From Macrostomum lignano (taxonomy: Eukaryota): a stretch of 64,000 nt of DNA. Position 1 is the stretch's first letter. Each line of letters opens with the position of its first letter. Location of the stretch: positions 248,001 through 312,000 of the forward strand of contig NIVC01000731.1 of the NCBI GenBank assembly GCA_002269645.1, written 5' to 3'. A program made the translations under genes and the position numbers. The notes below the pieces were generated by a model, which was not told the origin of the DNA, searched no databases, and saw only the letters and a list, made by a program, of their open reading frames with translations. Shown one piece after another: positions 1-12,275 of the stretch.

Positions 1-1547
1 GTTCCAATTTTCTTAAATTCACATATCATTCGAAGTATCAATAAATGATTATTGAGTGTTCAAGAATTCTATTAATTTGAGTAATCTGTAGATATGAAGT
101 CTGCAGACTTCTGCGACATCGGCAGATTAAGAGAGGCTCATCATTATTAATTGATTTTGATTTTTTCGACTGATGCCAGCTAGCATCCGGGATTTCAATT
201 TGGCATCCTGAGTTTGGACCCGGTTTTTCAATTTCTGGCAGCCTTGCCTTCGGCTCCCGAACCATTACCACCATTGTGGTACCGCCGTTGTCATCTCCCG
301 GGTTAACCGGTGGGCGATATTCAAGCACGAGAGATGTGAGCTAATTGTCCCCCTGTCACGCACTGCTGTTCCCTACAGGCCCTCGCCCACCCTGCTTGGA
401 TGTGACAGTAAATCGGTCATATGGCTGTTTTGCTACCTCTAGGAGAAGCCGCAGTGAGAGACGCCCTTTCTGCCCCTCCGGTATGAAAATGCGGAGCACT
501 TTATTCATGAATACCTAGTCAACCCCGTCTTCAACCCGACTGCCGGCAATCCCGCGCGGCTGTCCGCTGTCCTTCCTCCGCCCTGCGCAGGGCCCTGCTT
601 GGACTCAACCGCAGGGACATCAGGGCGGTGACCATGGCCCTCTCGGGTCATGGCTGTTTTGCCATGCAGGCATCGTTACCTCCAGGGAAAAATCTGTAGC
701 GTGGAATGCCCTTTCTGCCTCTCCTGTGTCGAGAATGCGGAGCACTTAATCTGTTAATGCCTCGCCTTTACTCAGGACAGAATCGCCTACCTCGGCCCAA
801 ACCCGGACCGCCAGCGATCGTCCGCTACCTAAGGGCCACCGCGGGCGAGCGACCATCCACCTCCTGGACTCTCCGGAGGGGGACCGCGCTGCGGACACCG
901 GCACCACCGGAACTCCCTGCGCGACACCGCAGCACCAGCTGCCCGTGGTCGCCAGGGGTTAGCAAACTGGGCGGAAACGCCTCCTCACTGCATCCGGATG
1001 CAGCTGAGTCAAGTAAGCCCGTCTTTAACCAGGACGAGCCAGCTTGTCCGTTACCCACTCAGAAGGACTGCAGTTATGGGAGGGCACACAAGCTGACCCG
1101 ACGACGAATAATGAGCGTGTCTGTATTTTTCAGTGGCGAGCTGGTCCTTGAGCTCGCTGCCCAGGATGCCATCGAGGCCATACGTCTAGTCAATTTTGAC
1201 CGTAATGTTCTGCAGGCTTTTTTTAAAACAGACCGACTTGGTTGGGAGTTTTTTAACAGCGACAGAGCAAGCGACAGAATATAATGAGCTGTTTGCCGTA
1301 GACAATAGATAAGAAAACCCAACTTAATTGCGGTAATTTGAATAAAGTAGGTCAGAACAGCCTTTATCAGAATCAGATAAGGTCCCTAATAAGTACCAAT
1401 ACCACCTAATATATAAGTACGAGCTAAGTCAGCTGGTCCTAGGAGGTTGCACACACAGAGGGTTGAAGGTGAAATAATTTAAAGGAGTGCAGTGTACTAC
1501 TTCGCTGTGCGATTAAGGCCAATTAGGAGAGGGGTGCGCCTGGGACA

Positions 1548-1845
1548 TAATAAAACTTGATTACACCATCCCCAATCGGGCCAGATGTGGAACCGACAGC
1601 TCAGCCACAGCTATTGCGCGGCGCATCTCTGAGGCCTGCGTACGGCTGGGGGGTCGCCATTTACACACCCTCAATTACCCCAGCTAATACTGTTACCCAT
1701 TTTACAGCTGGGTGAAATGATGTAATGCAGAGTTAAGTGTCTTGCTCAAGGACACAAATTGTTTCGAGTGGGTTAAGGATCGAAACCCCGACCTTTCAGT
1801 CGTGAGTCCGAATGTCCGATGCTCTAACCACTAAGCTATACAAGT
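1548..1845 (-). mobile_element. tRNA-derived SINE with CORE/Meta-like central domain (copy 1)
   Basis: The minus strand reads A box TAGCTTAGTGG and B box GGTTTCGATCC, then GTGTCCTTGAGCAAGACACTTAACTC...CTGTAAAATGGG (MIR-CORE/MetaSINE-like), with an AT-rich tail. A homologous copy lies at 22118-22412. Confidence 0.8.
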
Positions 1846-1892
1846 TCAACCCCCAGGAACGGCAGAGATTTAGATAGCAGACTGAGAGATAA

Positions 1893-2023
1893 AGGCCTGT
1901 GTTCACATTAACGCTATAGTTAGCTCCGGGGTCGAATATTGCTCAAATTAATATTAAAATTGGTCTGATTGATATGAGCAATCTTTGACCCACGGAGCTA
2001 CTAGTATTAATGTGAAACGGCTT
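1893..2023. mobile_element. Short palindromic MITE, PIF/Harbinger (Tourist)-like
   Basis: Nested inverted repeats TTCACATTAA/TTAATGTGAA, TAGCTCCG/CGGAGCTA and TTGCTCA/TGAGCAA. Flanked by TAA at 1890-1892 and 2024-2026, a candidate 3-bp TSD. Confidence 0.55.
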
Positions 2024-4494
2024 TAAGAAATGAATAATGAGCTTAGCGTGGGACAAAGATTGATAGCAGAGATTTCGGCCTGAACTGTTTTCTTTTCACC
2101 GACACCAAAAAATACAGGATGCAAGCTCTCTGACAATATCTAAACCGGTTGACGACGTTGACGTTAAAGTCTATCGGGTGGCTGTCCTAATCGTGTATGG
2201 CCTATGATTGACGTTTTGAAATCCCCATCTGATGTAGAGGGCATTCTGGCAGCCCAGATGAGTAGGGCACACGGGCGTCTCGGCAGATAGTGACAATAGT
2301 GCTTATGCCATGCGGTGTGAAAATGTGTTTTCAAGGTCTTCCTTGCCGTACCCGCATCTGTGATGACGGCACAGCAGACTCTAGCTCTAACATGCTTGAC
2401 CAGATGAAGCTCGCATAGGTATTTAACGGATGATGGCTGATGCTACACAGTGTGGGGACTGGGGAGACTCTGGAAGAGGACGGAGTGCCTCGTACCAGAA
2501 ACGCAGAGTACCAATAGCCGGCCCCCATGCGTCTCGACTGCGTAATATGGTCTAATATATAGCAGACTGACTCTAACACCACCCATCTTCCTTCATGCTG
2601 GCCGTGCCGCCACGATTCTGCAGTCAGGCCTTTTTGGTATCGCTTGTTTACTGGGTGCTGATTGGCTGCGGCTGCTTTGTTATTTTCCTCGCGGTGTCAT
2701 TGATTGGTGGTGGGGGCAGGGGAGTTGAAGCTGCTGTTTGGGTGTTGCTATTTCGCGGCCCGGCCCGGCCCGGGCGGCCCCTATTTAGCCAATGTAAATC
2801 TATTTTAGTAAATAAGTAAAACAAAAAATACTGACCAGAATGCCGCATATTTTTAGAGTCAATTGTGAGTTTACTACATTGCAAAATATTGATTGTTAAT
2901 TTAATGAACTTCTGATGCTCTATTTTTTAAATTAAGTTAAAAACCAAAGTAACAAGACCGCCGGGCCGGGCCGGGCCGGGCCGGGAAATAGCAACACCCG
3001 CTGCTGTTTGGGGCGGTGGGTGAGGGGGGATCTTAGCCTGCCCCTGCCCCCCTGTCCTGATTTGTTTACCACGGGGCCGGGCCCTCACTTTTGGTTTTGT
3101 TAGCTGTGCATTCCTATTTACTGTCTCTTATTAGAACTGCAGGCATATGAGCTGATCTAATAAAACACGCCAGCGCGGCGAAGCGAGAAAATGTTCGCAC
3201 TTCACAGCTTATCTTCAGCAGCCAAAAAATTGGGCAATTAGCAGGACGCTAAAACTAAAACGGCCGCGAGGCTAAAGCCTTTGGACCAAGACCAAACACG
3301 AACGCCAAGGCCCACAACCCCACGCACGCATATAGTCAGCCCGGAGGCCAACCCCCAAAGCGACTCCCTCCTGGCTCTCCAAGAGCTCATGCAAGGTCAA
3401 GGCGACGCAAACAAGTAGGGTTTTGTTAACTAATAAAACCAAAGCATAAAATACATAAAAAGGCGCTTTGCCTATGAGTTCATCGCTGCAAGAGAGTCGA
3501 CCTCCAGTCAAGCAAATACAATACAACAATAATTAATTATGTTCACTTTGCTGACAACTGAGCTCGCGAGCAAGGACCACTTGTAGGGGGGGGGGGGCAA
3601 GCTATACCAAGCAACTACAACTCAACATTAGAAAATCTACATGCAATTAGCCAATTTGGGCCATACATTTTTAGCCACGACAAAGGGTGGGGCAAGGACC
3701 GCTGTAGTATAACAGGACACGGGAAAAATTACAAAGATGGTGTAATATTTTGGAGGTCAACTTCGTGGAAATATGGTGATAGGAAAAATCATTTTTTATC
3801 ATATGATGATTGCCTTTGATCTAAAGCAGTGAAGATTACCATTCTTTTAATTTAGCATCGAAGTCCATCGAAGCCACTCCAGAACATCCGGTCTGATTCG
3901 CTAAAACATTACTGGCTTTGTTTTACATTGCTTTCGTCATCGCCTATATTGAAATGCTGCCGTCTCTGCCTGCCGCAGTCATGGCTTGTATTATTAGCGG
4001 GCTGGATGCTTCTTTTTCTAATCATCCTACTTTCTTATCTGTGCCTTCAGCTCTCTACGACTGCTTCGCTAACTGATGAAATTCTGGTGTACACATGGCC
4101 CCGTGCACCTTCACCTGTGACCTAAACTCAAAACTCTTTTAGGTCAGTTCGACCACCTCACTCTCAGCATGCAATTAGACACAAAACCATGATGATAATA
4201 TATTGTCTCGCCTCGCCGGGGACTTGGATGTGCTCACCTATCCACTTCTGTCTCTGTCTCTCCTAATTTCTTTCCACAGAGAAGGACCGAAGAGCAACAC
4301 AGCAATTTATTTTATAAAGTTGGCACACGTTCTGTAACAAGCAGCTGCTGTTACACAAAGAGAAAGTACTTATGCAAATTTTTTCTATTCTCTCCTCAAG
4401 CAAAACATTTTGAGCTCAAAAACATTCCCGCACGCACTAACTCAAACTGCAGACAAAAGCAATAGAAGCTTGTTGCTATCATTTTAATACAGTC

Positions 4495-6026
4495 ATGCTC
4501 GACTTGCAGGCTGCATTCAGTGACATTGGCGGCTTCGGCCTCTACCAGGTTATCGTCTGTATCGTCGGCTGCTTCACATTGATCTCCAGCGGGATGATCA
4601 TCGCTGGTGGAGCTTTCCACAACCTCATGACCTGCAGCGCCAACGCGACTGCGGAAGACATTGTCTCCGCGGCCAACAGCAGCCAGCACGGCTTCACGAC
4701 GTCCGTCAGCGCCGAGTACGGTCTCTGTGACAGTCAGGCTTCTCTCGGAGAGTTGTCCGCCGTCTTTCTGCTCGCCGGCTGCATCCCCGGCTCGTTGATG
4801 GCCGGTCCAGCAGCAGACAGCATCGGGCGAATTCCCGGACTGCTGATCGGCCTTTTGTGCACTCTGGCCACCAATCTGCTGGCCGCGCTAGCGCCGCAGT
4901 TCTGGCTGCACCTGGCCAGCCGTCTTGTCTGCGGCTTCTTCGTCAGCTGCACTCTCGGCTCAGTGTTTGTGTACGGCAACGAAGTGCTGCTGACGGAGCA
5001 CCGGGGCAGATTCGTCAAGACGTACAACCTTGGCACTGCCATAGGTGGAATCCTGCTAGCTCTTCTGGCTTTTGTCCTACGAGACTACAAGTGGCTGATG
5101 ATCGCTAACAGCTTCTTCATTATTCCGTCAATCTTTGTGGTCGCCTTCCTACCCGAGAGTCCGTCCTGGCTGCTCTCACAAAGAACGAAATCCGTCAAGA
5201 AGGTGAGGCGAGCGCTGCAGAAGATTGCATGGATCAACAGGCGCCCATTACCAGAGAGTGTTCTCAGTCTGAGCTTGGGTAGTCAAGGTGAGGAGTCGCT
5301 GCAGCTCGAAGAGAACGGAGAGCTTCTCGACACTCAGCAAACCAAAGACCACAGGAGGCCTCGCTCGATACTGCGAGGGTCGCTGTGCACCTCCATCAAG
5401 AAACTGCTATCAGATAGGGTGTCGGTATTCCGCCTGCTGTCCACTTGCCTGTACAGTTTCAGCAGCGGCTTCGCCTACTACGGTTTCACGTTCGTGATCA
5501 CCCACGCCGTGCCGAACATCTATATCACCTTCGCTCTCATGGCCGCTGTGGAGCCACCATCTCTGCTTCTCCTGAATACATTCAGTCGGGGCCGCACTCT
5601 GTTCGTTAGCGCGCTGGTCACCGTCGGCTGTTGTTTCTCCATCGGCATCATCTTCGCCACAGTGCCGGCAGCAGAAGACGGACAGCTCAGCATGATCGTC
5701 ATCGTTCTTTTGGTCTTCCTGGCCGTGAGCGGCAAGTTCTTCTCGAACATCGCCTTCTGTGCCATCATGGCGGTCGGGCAGAGATCTACCCGACAGCGGT
5801 ACGCAACACGGGACTCGGGCTGCTGATGGCCACCCTGCGGACCGGCTGCATGCTGTCGCCGCTGGTGAACTTCATCCCCTACATGCCGGCCAGGTTCGCC
5901 ACCCTCGGTCTCGCCTGTCTCGTTGCCGCCTTTCCGACCCGCAGTCTTCCAGACACTCGCATCCAAGACCTGACCGAGACAGTGCCGACCGATGGGCCAC
6001 AGCCGCCACCGCCATCCGTCGCTTGA
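4495..6026 (+). pseudogene. SLC22/OCT-like MFS transporter, copy 1, intronless, with a 1-nt frameshift at 5776-5778 (pseudogene or sequencing error)
   Basis: The ORF has the SLC22 N-terminal motif (FSDIGGFGLYQ), SAEYGLCD, DSIGR and PESPSWL. It reads GTCGGGCAGAG where copy 2 has GTCGGGGCAGAG. The C-terminus (AEIYPTAVRNTGLG...) continues in the ORF 5631-6026 frame to TGA at 6026. Confidence 0.8.
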
Positions 6027-7021
6027 AATTTTACAGAAAAATCAAAATAAGAATGCTGAGATAATATTGCACACGAATGAATCGATGGGACTAAAGAACT
6101 TTTTTGCGGGAAAAGAATTTCTCTACATGTACGAGTAGTACATATTATATAAACATAGCTGCCATACGAAAGAAAGCATTAGTGGGCGAAACGTTTTGTA
6201 TTTTAAACGAAAGTCGGTTGCAGAGATATAAAAAAACGCATACCAATAACATTTTTCTCCTTCTGCTTCCTCTCTCTGTCTCCATTTCCGGCTCCCTATT
6301 CGCCGCTTTTCGCCTGTGTATTTGCCTCTATCGCCCCTCTATCTCATTCTCTCTCCACACCTCTCTCAGAAACTCTGTTCTTAAACACTGAACAAGTTTC
6401 ACGGGTTGATCTCCTGCCAGCGTGTTTAGCCATACACATAGAAGGCTGCATGCACTGTGCGATTGTGCGATCCCGAGCCCAGTTGCCACCTGTAAACAAC
6501 TGAGTGATCATGATGTATTTGGACGCGTGGATGCTCGATCTCTGTCTGCCTCTCTTTCCCCTTCCTCCCTACACTGACTCGCCCCTCGTATGGAGTCGTG
6601 ATTTCAGTCCACAGGGTCCAAAGTTGAAAGGAGCAACATATATGAGAGAGCTTAGCAATAAGAGAGCAGTCGCCAAAAGCGAGATAAGCGTTGAAACAAG
6701 CAGCTTCTGCTGCATTAAAAAGTATTTATGTAGCTTTTTCTCTTCTGGGTGCACAAATGTTGTTACTGACAGCTAGAATGAGTAGGAGGCGCACGTGAGC
6801 TAACCACAAGAGAGAGCAAAGGTAGAGCTCAAAGGGCGTTAGATAAATCATTATTTACTATCATGTGTAAATGACACTGAAAAGTGACTACTTTAAGCGA
6901 TTGCGATCTGGAAAGCTCAATTACTAACAACATGTACAAAACGCTGTGAAACAAATAAAACACAAAGTAAATAACAGAGCTTCCTGCTATCAGCCAGCTC
7001 GCGACCATCATTTCCTGATAT

Positions 7022-7050
7022 ACTGCTGCTGCTGCTGCTGCTGCTGCTGC
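7022..7050. repeat. (GCT)n microsatellite immediately 5' of the copy 2 ATG
   Basis: tactgctgct...gctgcaATG; copy 3 has a short degenerate version (gttactgctgctaccgctgccATG). Confidence 0.9.
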
Positions 7051-7051
7051 A

Positions 7052-8560
7052 ATGCTTGACTTACAGACTACCTTCAACGACATCGGTGGCTTCGGCCTCT
7101 ACCAACTGATCGTCTGCATTGTTGGCTGCTTAACCTGCGGCTTCTGTGGGATGATCATCGCAGGCAGTGCCTTCCACAACCTCATGACCTGCAGCGCCAA
7201 CGCGACTGCGGAAGACATTGTCGCCGCGGCTAACAGCAGCCAGCACGGCTTCACGACGTCCGTCAGCGCCGAGTACGGTCTCTGTGACAGTCAGGCCTCT
7301 CTCGGTGAGTTATCCGGCGTTTTGCTGCTCGCAGGCTGTATCCCCGGTTCGCTGATAGCTGGCCCGGCCTCGGACAGCATGGGGCGAGTTCCCGGACTGC
7401 TGATCGGCCTTTTGTGCACTCTGGCCACCAATCTGCTGGCCGCGCTAGCGCCGCAGTTCTGGCTGCACCTGGCCAGCCGTCTTGGCTGCGGATTCTTCGT
7501 CAGCTGCACCGTCGGTTCAATGTTTGTGTACGGCAACGAGGTGCTGATGACGGAGCATCGGGACAGGTTTGTTAAGACTTTTAACCTTGGCACCACTGTG
7601 GGTGGCATCCTGCTGGCCTTTCTAGCCTTTTCCCTCCGAGACTACAAGTGGCTGATGATCGCTAACAGCTTCTTCATTATTCCGTCAATCTTTGTGGTCG
7701 CCTTCCTACCCGAGAGTCCGTCCTGGCTGCTCTCGCAAAGAACGAAATCCGTCAAGAAGGTGAGGCGAGCGCTGCAGAAGATTGCATGGATCAACAGGCG
7801 CCCATTGCCAGAGAGTGTTCTCAGTCTGAGCTCGGGTGGTCAAGGTGAGGAGTCGCTGCAGCTCGAAGAGAACGGAGAGCTTCTCGACACTCAGCAAACC
7901 AAAGACCATGGGAGGCCTCGCGCGATGCTGGGAGGGTCGCTCTGCACTGCCATCAAGAAACTGCTATCAGATAGGGTGTCGATATTCCGCTTGTTATCCA
8001 CTTGCCTGTACAGTTTCAGCAGCGGCTTCGCTTACTACGGCTTTCCATTCGTGATCACCCACGCCGTACCGAACATCTATATCACCTTCGCTCTCATGGC
8101 CGCTGTGGAGTCACCGGCTCTGCCATTGCTGAACATATTCAGTCGGGGCCGCACTCTGTTTTTCAGCGGGGTGGCAATCTTCTGCTGTTGCTTTTTTATC
8201 GGAATTATTTTTTTCGTTGTGCCTACACAGCTCAGCACTGGTGTCATGGTTCTTTTGGTCTTCCTGGCCGTGAGTGGCAAGTTCTTCTCGAACATCGCCT
8301 TCTGTGCCATCATGGCGGTCGGGGCAGAGATCTACCCGACAGCGGTACGCAACACGGGACTCGGGCTGCTGATGGCCACCCTGCGGACCGGCTGCATGCT
8401 GTCGCCGCTGGTGAACTTCATCCCCTACATGCCGGCCAGGTTCGCCACCCTCGGTCTCGCCTGTCTCGTTGCCGCCTTTCCGACCCGCAGTCTTCCGGAC
8501 ACTCGCATCCAAGACCTGACCGAGACAGTGCCGACAGCTGCTGGTGGCGTTCGATTGTGA
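7052..8560 (+). CDS. SLC22/OCT-like MFS transporter, copy 2, intronless, 502 aa
   Basis: Intact ORF with many hydrophobic TM segments and the motifs IGGFGLYQ, DSMGR, PESPSWL and AEIYPTAVRNTGLG. Confidence 0.9.
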   Translation: MLDLQTTFNDIGGFGLYQLIVCIVGCLTCGFCGMIIAGSAFHNLMTCSANATAEDIVAAANSSQHGFTTSVSAEYGLCDSQASLGELSGVLLLAGCIPGSLIAGPASDSMGRVPGLLIGLLCTLATNLLAALAPQFWLHLASRLGCGFFVSCTVGSMFVYGNEVLMTEHRDRFVKTFNLGTTVGGILLAFLAFSLRDYKWLMIANSFFIIPSIFVVAFLPESPSWLLSQRTKSVKKVRRALQKIAWINRRPLPESVLSLSSGGQGEESLQLEENGELLDTQQTKDHGRPRAMLGGSLCTAIKKLLSDRVSIFRLLSTCLYSFSSGFAYYGFPFVITHAVPNIYITFALMAAVESPALPLLNIFSRGRTLFFSGVAIFCCCFFIGIIFFVVPTQLSTGVMVLLVFLAVSGKFFSNIAFCAIMAVGAEIYPTAVRNTGLGLLMATLRTGCMLSPLVNFIPYMPARFATLGLACLVAAFPTRSLPDTRIQDLTETVPTAAGGVRL

Positions 8561-9159
8561 AGAAAAGAGGCACGGTGAAAATGTACAGCATCCGAATTGA
8601 CAGGCTTGATCCCAGCCGAAGCCACTTCTGGGACGTTTGCTTGTTAAATTTCTGCCATCAGGAGAGTCTAAAGTGAGATTGTAAATCGTGACGTGAGCCT
8701 CCGTTTCTCACCTCCCTTTGTCACAACCTAAAAATTCAGTCTTCTCATGAGAAATCAACCTGTCTGTTGATGAGTGATTCTGTTGCAGGTATTGCTTGCT
8801 GATCGCGGAAACATTTTTAATTAGAGATTTCCAGAAAAATATTTTTGGTTTGCGGATGCGCTAAGCAGGCAAAATGTGTTCTGAGGACTGGCCATTTCGC
8901 CTCTTTCGGGTGGCTCCTTAGCAGTGTGGCGCTTGTCTACAAGCAGTTTTGCACAGCCTGGAGCAGATAGTCACTAATCTCCAAGCCGTTATATTTCTCA
9001 ATGTTTGCAACTTTGCAATGTAAATTTATTTTTTACGACTATTTATCTTACTTATCTTATTTATCTTATCATTATTTATTTTCTTTATAATATATGTCTA
9101 GTCTTGTTTTAGCTATGTTAAACGACTACCATCAGATTGGCATCATTACTATTATCATC

Positions 9160-11235
9160 AGAGCATCACTCCCCCAAATTAGCACCACTCCCCCAGATTA
9201 GCACCACTCCCCCAGATTAGCACCACTCCCCAAGATTACCACCATTCCCCCAGATTAGCATCACTCCCCCAGATTAGCACCACTCCCCAAGATTAGCACC
9301 ATTCCCCCAGATTAGCATCACTCCCCCAGATTAGCACCACTCCTTAAGATTAGCACCACTCCCCAAGATTAGCACCATTCCCCAAGATTAGCACCACTCC
9401 CCAAGATTAGCACCATTCCCCCAGATTAGCATCACTCCCCCAGATTAGCACTACTCCCCTAGATTAGCACTACTCCTCCAGATTAGCACCACTCCTCCAG
9501 ATTAGCACCACTCCCCCAGATTAGCACCACTCCTCCAGATTAGCATCACTCCCCCAGATTAGCACTACTCCTCCAGATTAGCACCACTCCCCCAGATTAG
9601 CACCACTCCCCCAGATTAGCACCACTCCTCCAGATTAGCACTACTCCCCTAGATTAGCACCACTCCTCCAGATTAGCACCACTCCCCCAGATTAGCACCA
9701 CTCCCCCAGATTAGCACCACTCCTCCAGATTAGCACTACTCCGCAAGATTAGCACCACTCCCCAAGATTAGCACCATTCCCCAAGATTAGCACCACTCCC
9801 CAAGATTAGCACCATTCCCCCAGATTAGCATCACTCCCCCAGATTAGCACTACTCCCCTAGATTAGCACTACTCCTCCAGATTAGCACCACTCCTCCAGA
9901 TTAGCACCACTCCCCCAGATTAGCACCACTCCTCCAGATTAGCATCACTACCCCAGATTAGCATCACTACCCCAGATTAGCACTACTCCCCCAGATTAGC
10001 ACCACTCCCCCAGATTAGCACTACTCCCCCAGATTAGCACCACTCCCCCAGATTAGCACTACTCCTCCAGATTAGCACCACTCCCCCAGATTAGCACCAC
10101 TCCCCCAGATTAGCACCACTCCCCCAGATTAGCACCACTCCCCCAGATTAGCACCACTCCTCCAGATTAGCACTACTCCCCTAGATTAGCACCACTCCTC
10201 CAGATTAGCACCACTCCCCCAGATTAGCACCACTCCCCCAGATTAGCACCACTCCTCCAGATTAGCATCACTACCCCAGATTAGCATCACTACCCCAGAT
10301 TAGCACTACTCCCCCAGATTAGCACCACTCCCCCAGATTAGCACTACTCCCCCAGATTAGCACCACTCCCCCAGATTAGCACTACTCCTCCAGATTAGCA
10401 CCACTCCCCCAGATTAGCACCACTCCCCCAGATTAGCACCACTCCTCCAGATTAGCACTACTCCCCTAGATTAGCACCACTCCTCCAGATTAGCACCACT
10501 CCCCCAGATTAGCACCACTCCCCCAGATTAGCACCACTCCTCCAGATTAGCACTACTCCCCTAGATTAGCACCACTCCTCCAGATTAGCACCACTCCCCC
10601 AGATTAGCACCACTCCCCTAGATTAGCACCACTCATCCAGATTAGCACCACTTCCCCAGATTAGCACTACTCCCCCAGATTAGCACCACTCATCCAGATT
10701 AGCACCACTCCCCCAGATTAGCACCACTCCCCCAGATTAGCACCACTCATCCAGATTAGCACCACTCCACCAGATTAGCACCACTCCTCCAGATTAGCAC
10801 CACTCCTCCAGATTAGCACCACTCCCCCAGATTAGCACCACTCCTCCAGATTAGCATCACTACCCCAGATTAGCATCACTACCCCAGATTAGCACTACTC
10901 CCCCAGATTAGCACCACTCCACCAGATTAGAAACACTCCCCCAGATTAGCACCACTCCCCCAGATTAGAAACACTCCCCCAGATTAGAAACACTCCCCCA
11001 GATTAGCACCACTCCCCCAGATTAGAAACACTCCCCCAGATTAGAAACACTCCCCCAGATTAGAAACACTCCCCCAGATTAGCATCACTCCTCCAGATTA
11101 GCACCACTCCTCCAGATTAGCACCACTCCTCCAGATTAGCACCACTCCTCCAGATTAGCACCACTCCTCCAGATTAGCACCATTCCACCAGATTAGAAAC
11201 ACTCCCCCAGATTAGAAACACTCCCCTAGATTAAC
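9160..11235. repeat. 19-bp minisatellite (CAGATTAGCACCACTCCCC)n, about 2 kb
   Basis: Direct tandem repetition with variant units (cactact, ctcctcc, agaaaca). Confidence 0.97.
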
Positions 11236-11559
11236 ATTTACTCACAGCAGATTGGCACTGCTCTAGAATATTAACACAGTTCCAGCTAAATATCTTCTAA
11301 TTCAAATGTAAAAAATATTAAAGTGCGCTAGTAAAGCATTGATTCTGCATGGAAGACAGTAATTAATCTCAGGTAAAAAACTGACTTGGTTTTAATTCAG
11401 ATAAATTCTCTGCTTTATTGCAGACCTAAACTGCCAAACTGTAGCCTATGCCAAGTCCTTCCTGTCTACAAAACGGCTGCTCCGAATATTGACGGATGGG
11501 CACAAAAATTATTCACGGGCAGTCAACGAAAGTAAAATATCTATAGGTCGTACATCTAT

Positions 11560-12275
11560 GATGCTCGAATTTGATTGCGCAACATACAGTCAAGCAGAGG
11601 CACATTAATAAAGGAAGCAAATTCTGTCTCAACGGATTGAGGCCGAACTCGTCTGCCAACTCAGCCGATCGACGTTGCGCTCTATGCTTCTGCAGAGCTT
11701 GCAGAAGAAAATCACGCTCTCCTGCCGACTCAGCCGATCGTGTTTACGCTGACAGATCTCTGTTTTGCTGCAGGCGCTTCTCTCGTGCATCGGCATTCTC
11801 CTCTCTCCGACGTCGCTTTGCCTCGCGACTCTTCTGCAACTCATTTTTAGCACCACGCTTGGTCAGATCGTACAGCATTGTGCAATGCCGAGGTTTAGTT
11901 GAACTTAAATCAATTCGAGTCTAGTGTATATATATGGATACATTTACTCGTACATATATGGATATACATTCGATTCTACATGCCACATATATGTTTCTAT
12001 ATGTTAGAACAAATTGAATAAATGTTGGTAATCAGATCATGAGCAGCAACCAATGATATAAAATTGAAAATTGAGCTATAGATGCGTGAAAAATACACTA
12101 CAGAGATCTCTAGCTATAGAGGCTTCTACAAAAAGCAGAAAAAAATTTAGCTGTCTTCTTTTCATATAATTACAGATCATTCGGAGAAAACGCAATCAGA
12201 ACTGGTCAATTGGGTTCAATCTCTAGAGCGCTACAGACAGACAGACAAACAGATCTTACACAATTAGTATGTGGA
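11560..12275 (-). mobile_element. Non-autonomous Helitron-like remnant (5' end plus decayed N-terminal coding piece)
   Basis: The minus strand starts A|TCCACATACTAATTGTGTAAGATCTGTTTGTCTGTCTGTCTG, i.e. a TC terminus plus subterminal microsatellite as in Lep1-type Helitrons. Further in is a stop-interrupted charged repeat (REENADAREKRLQQNRDLSA*TRSAESAGERDFLLQALQKHRAQRRSAE) resembling Helitron N-terminal repeats. The 3' end was not located. Confidence 0.5.

Noticed and set aside
706-1284. 192-aa ORF
   Set aside because: No recognisable domain; it overlaps the diverged tandem module and is probably repeat-derived.
2345-2445. C/D-box snoRNA-like arrangement (GTGATGA...CTGA)
   Set aside because: Weak terminal stem, no host intron and no recognisable rRNA guide.
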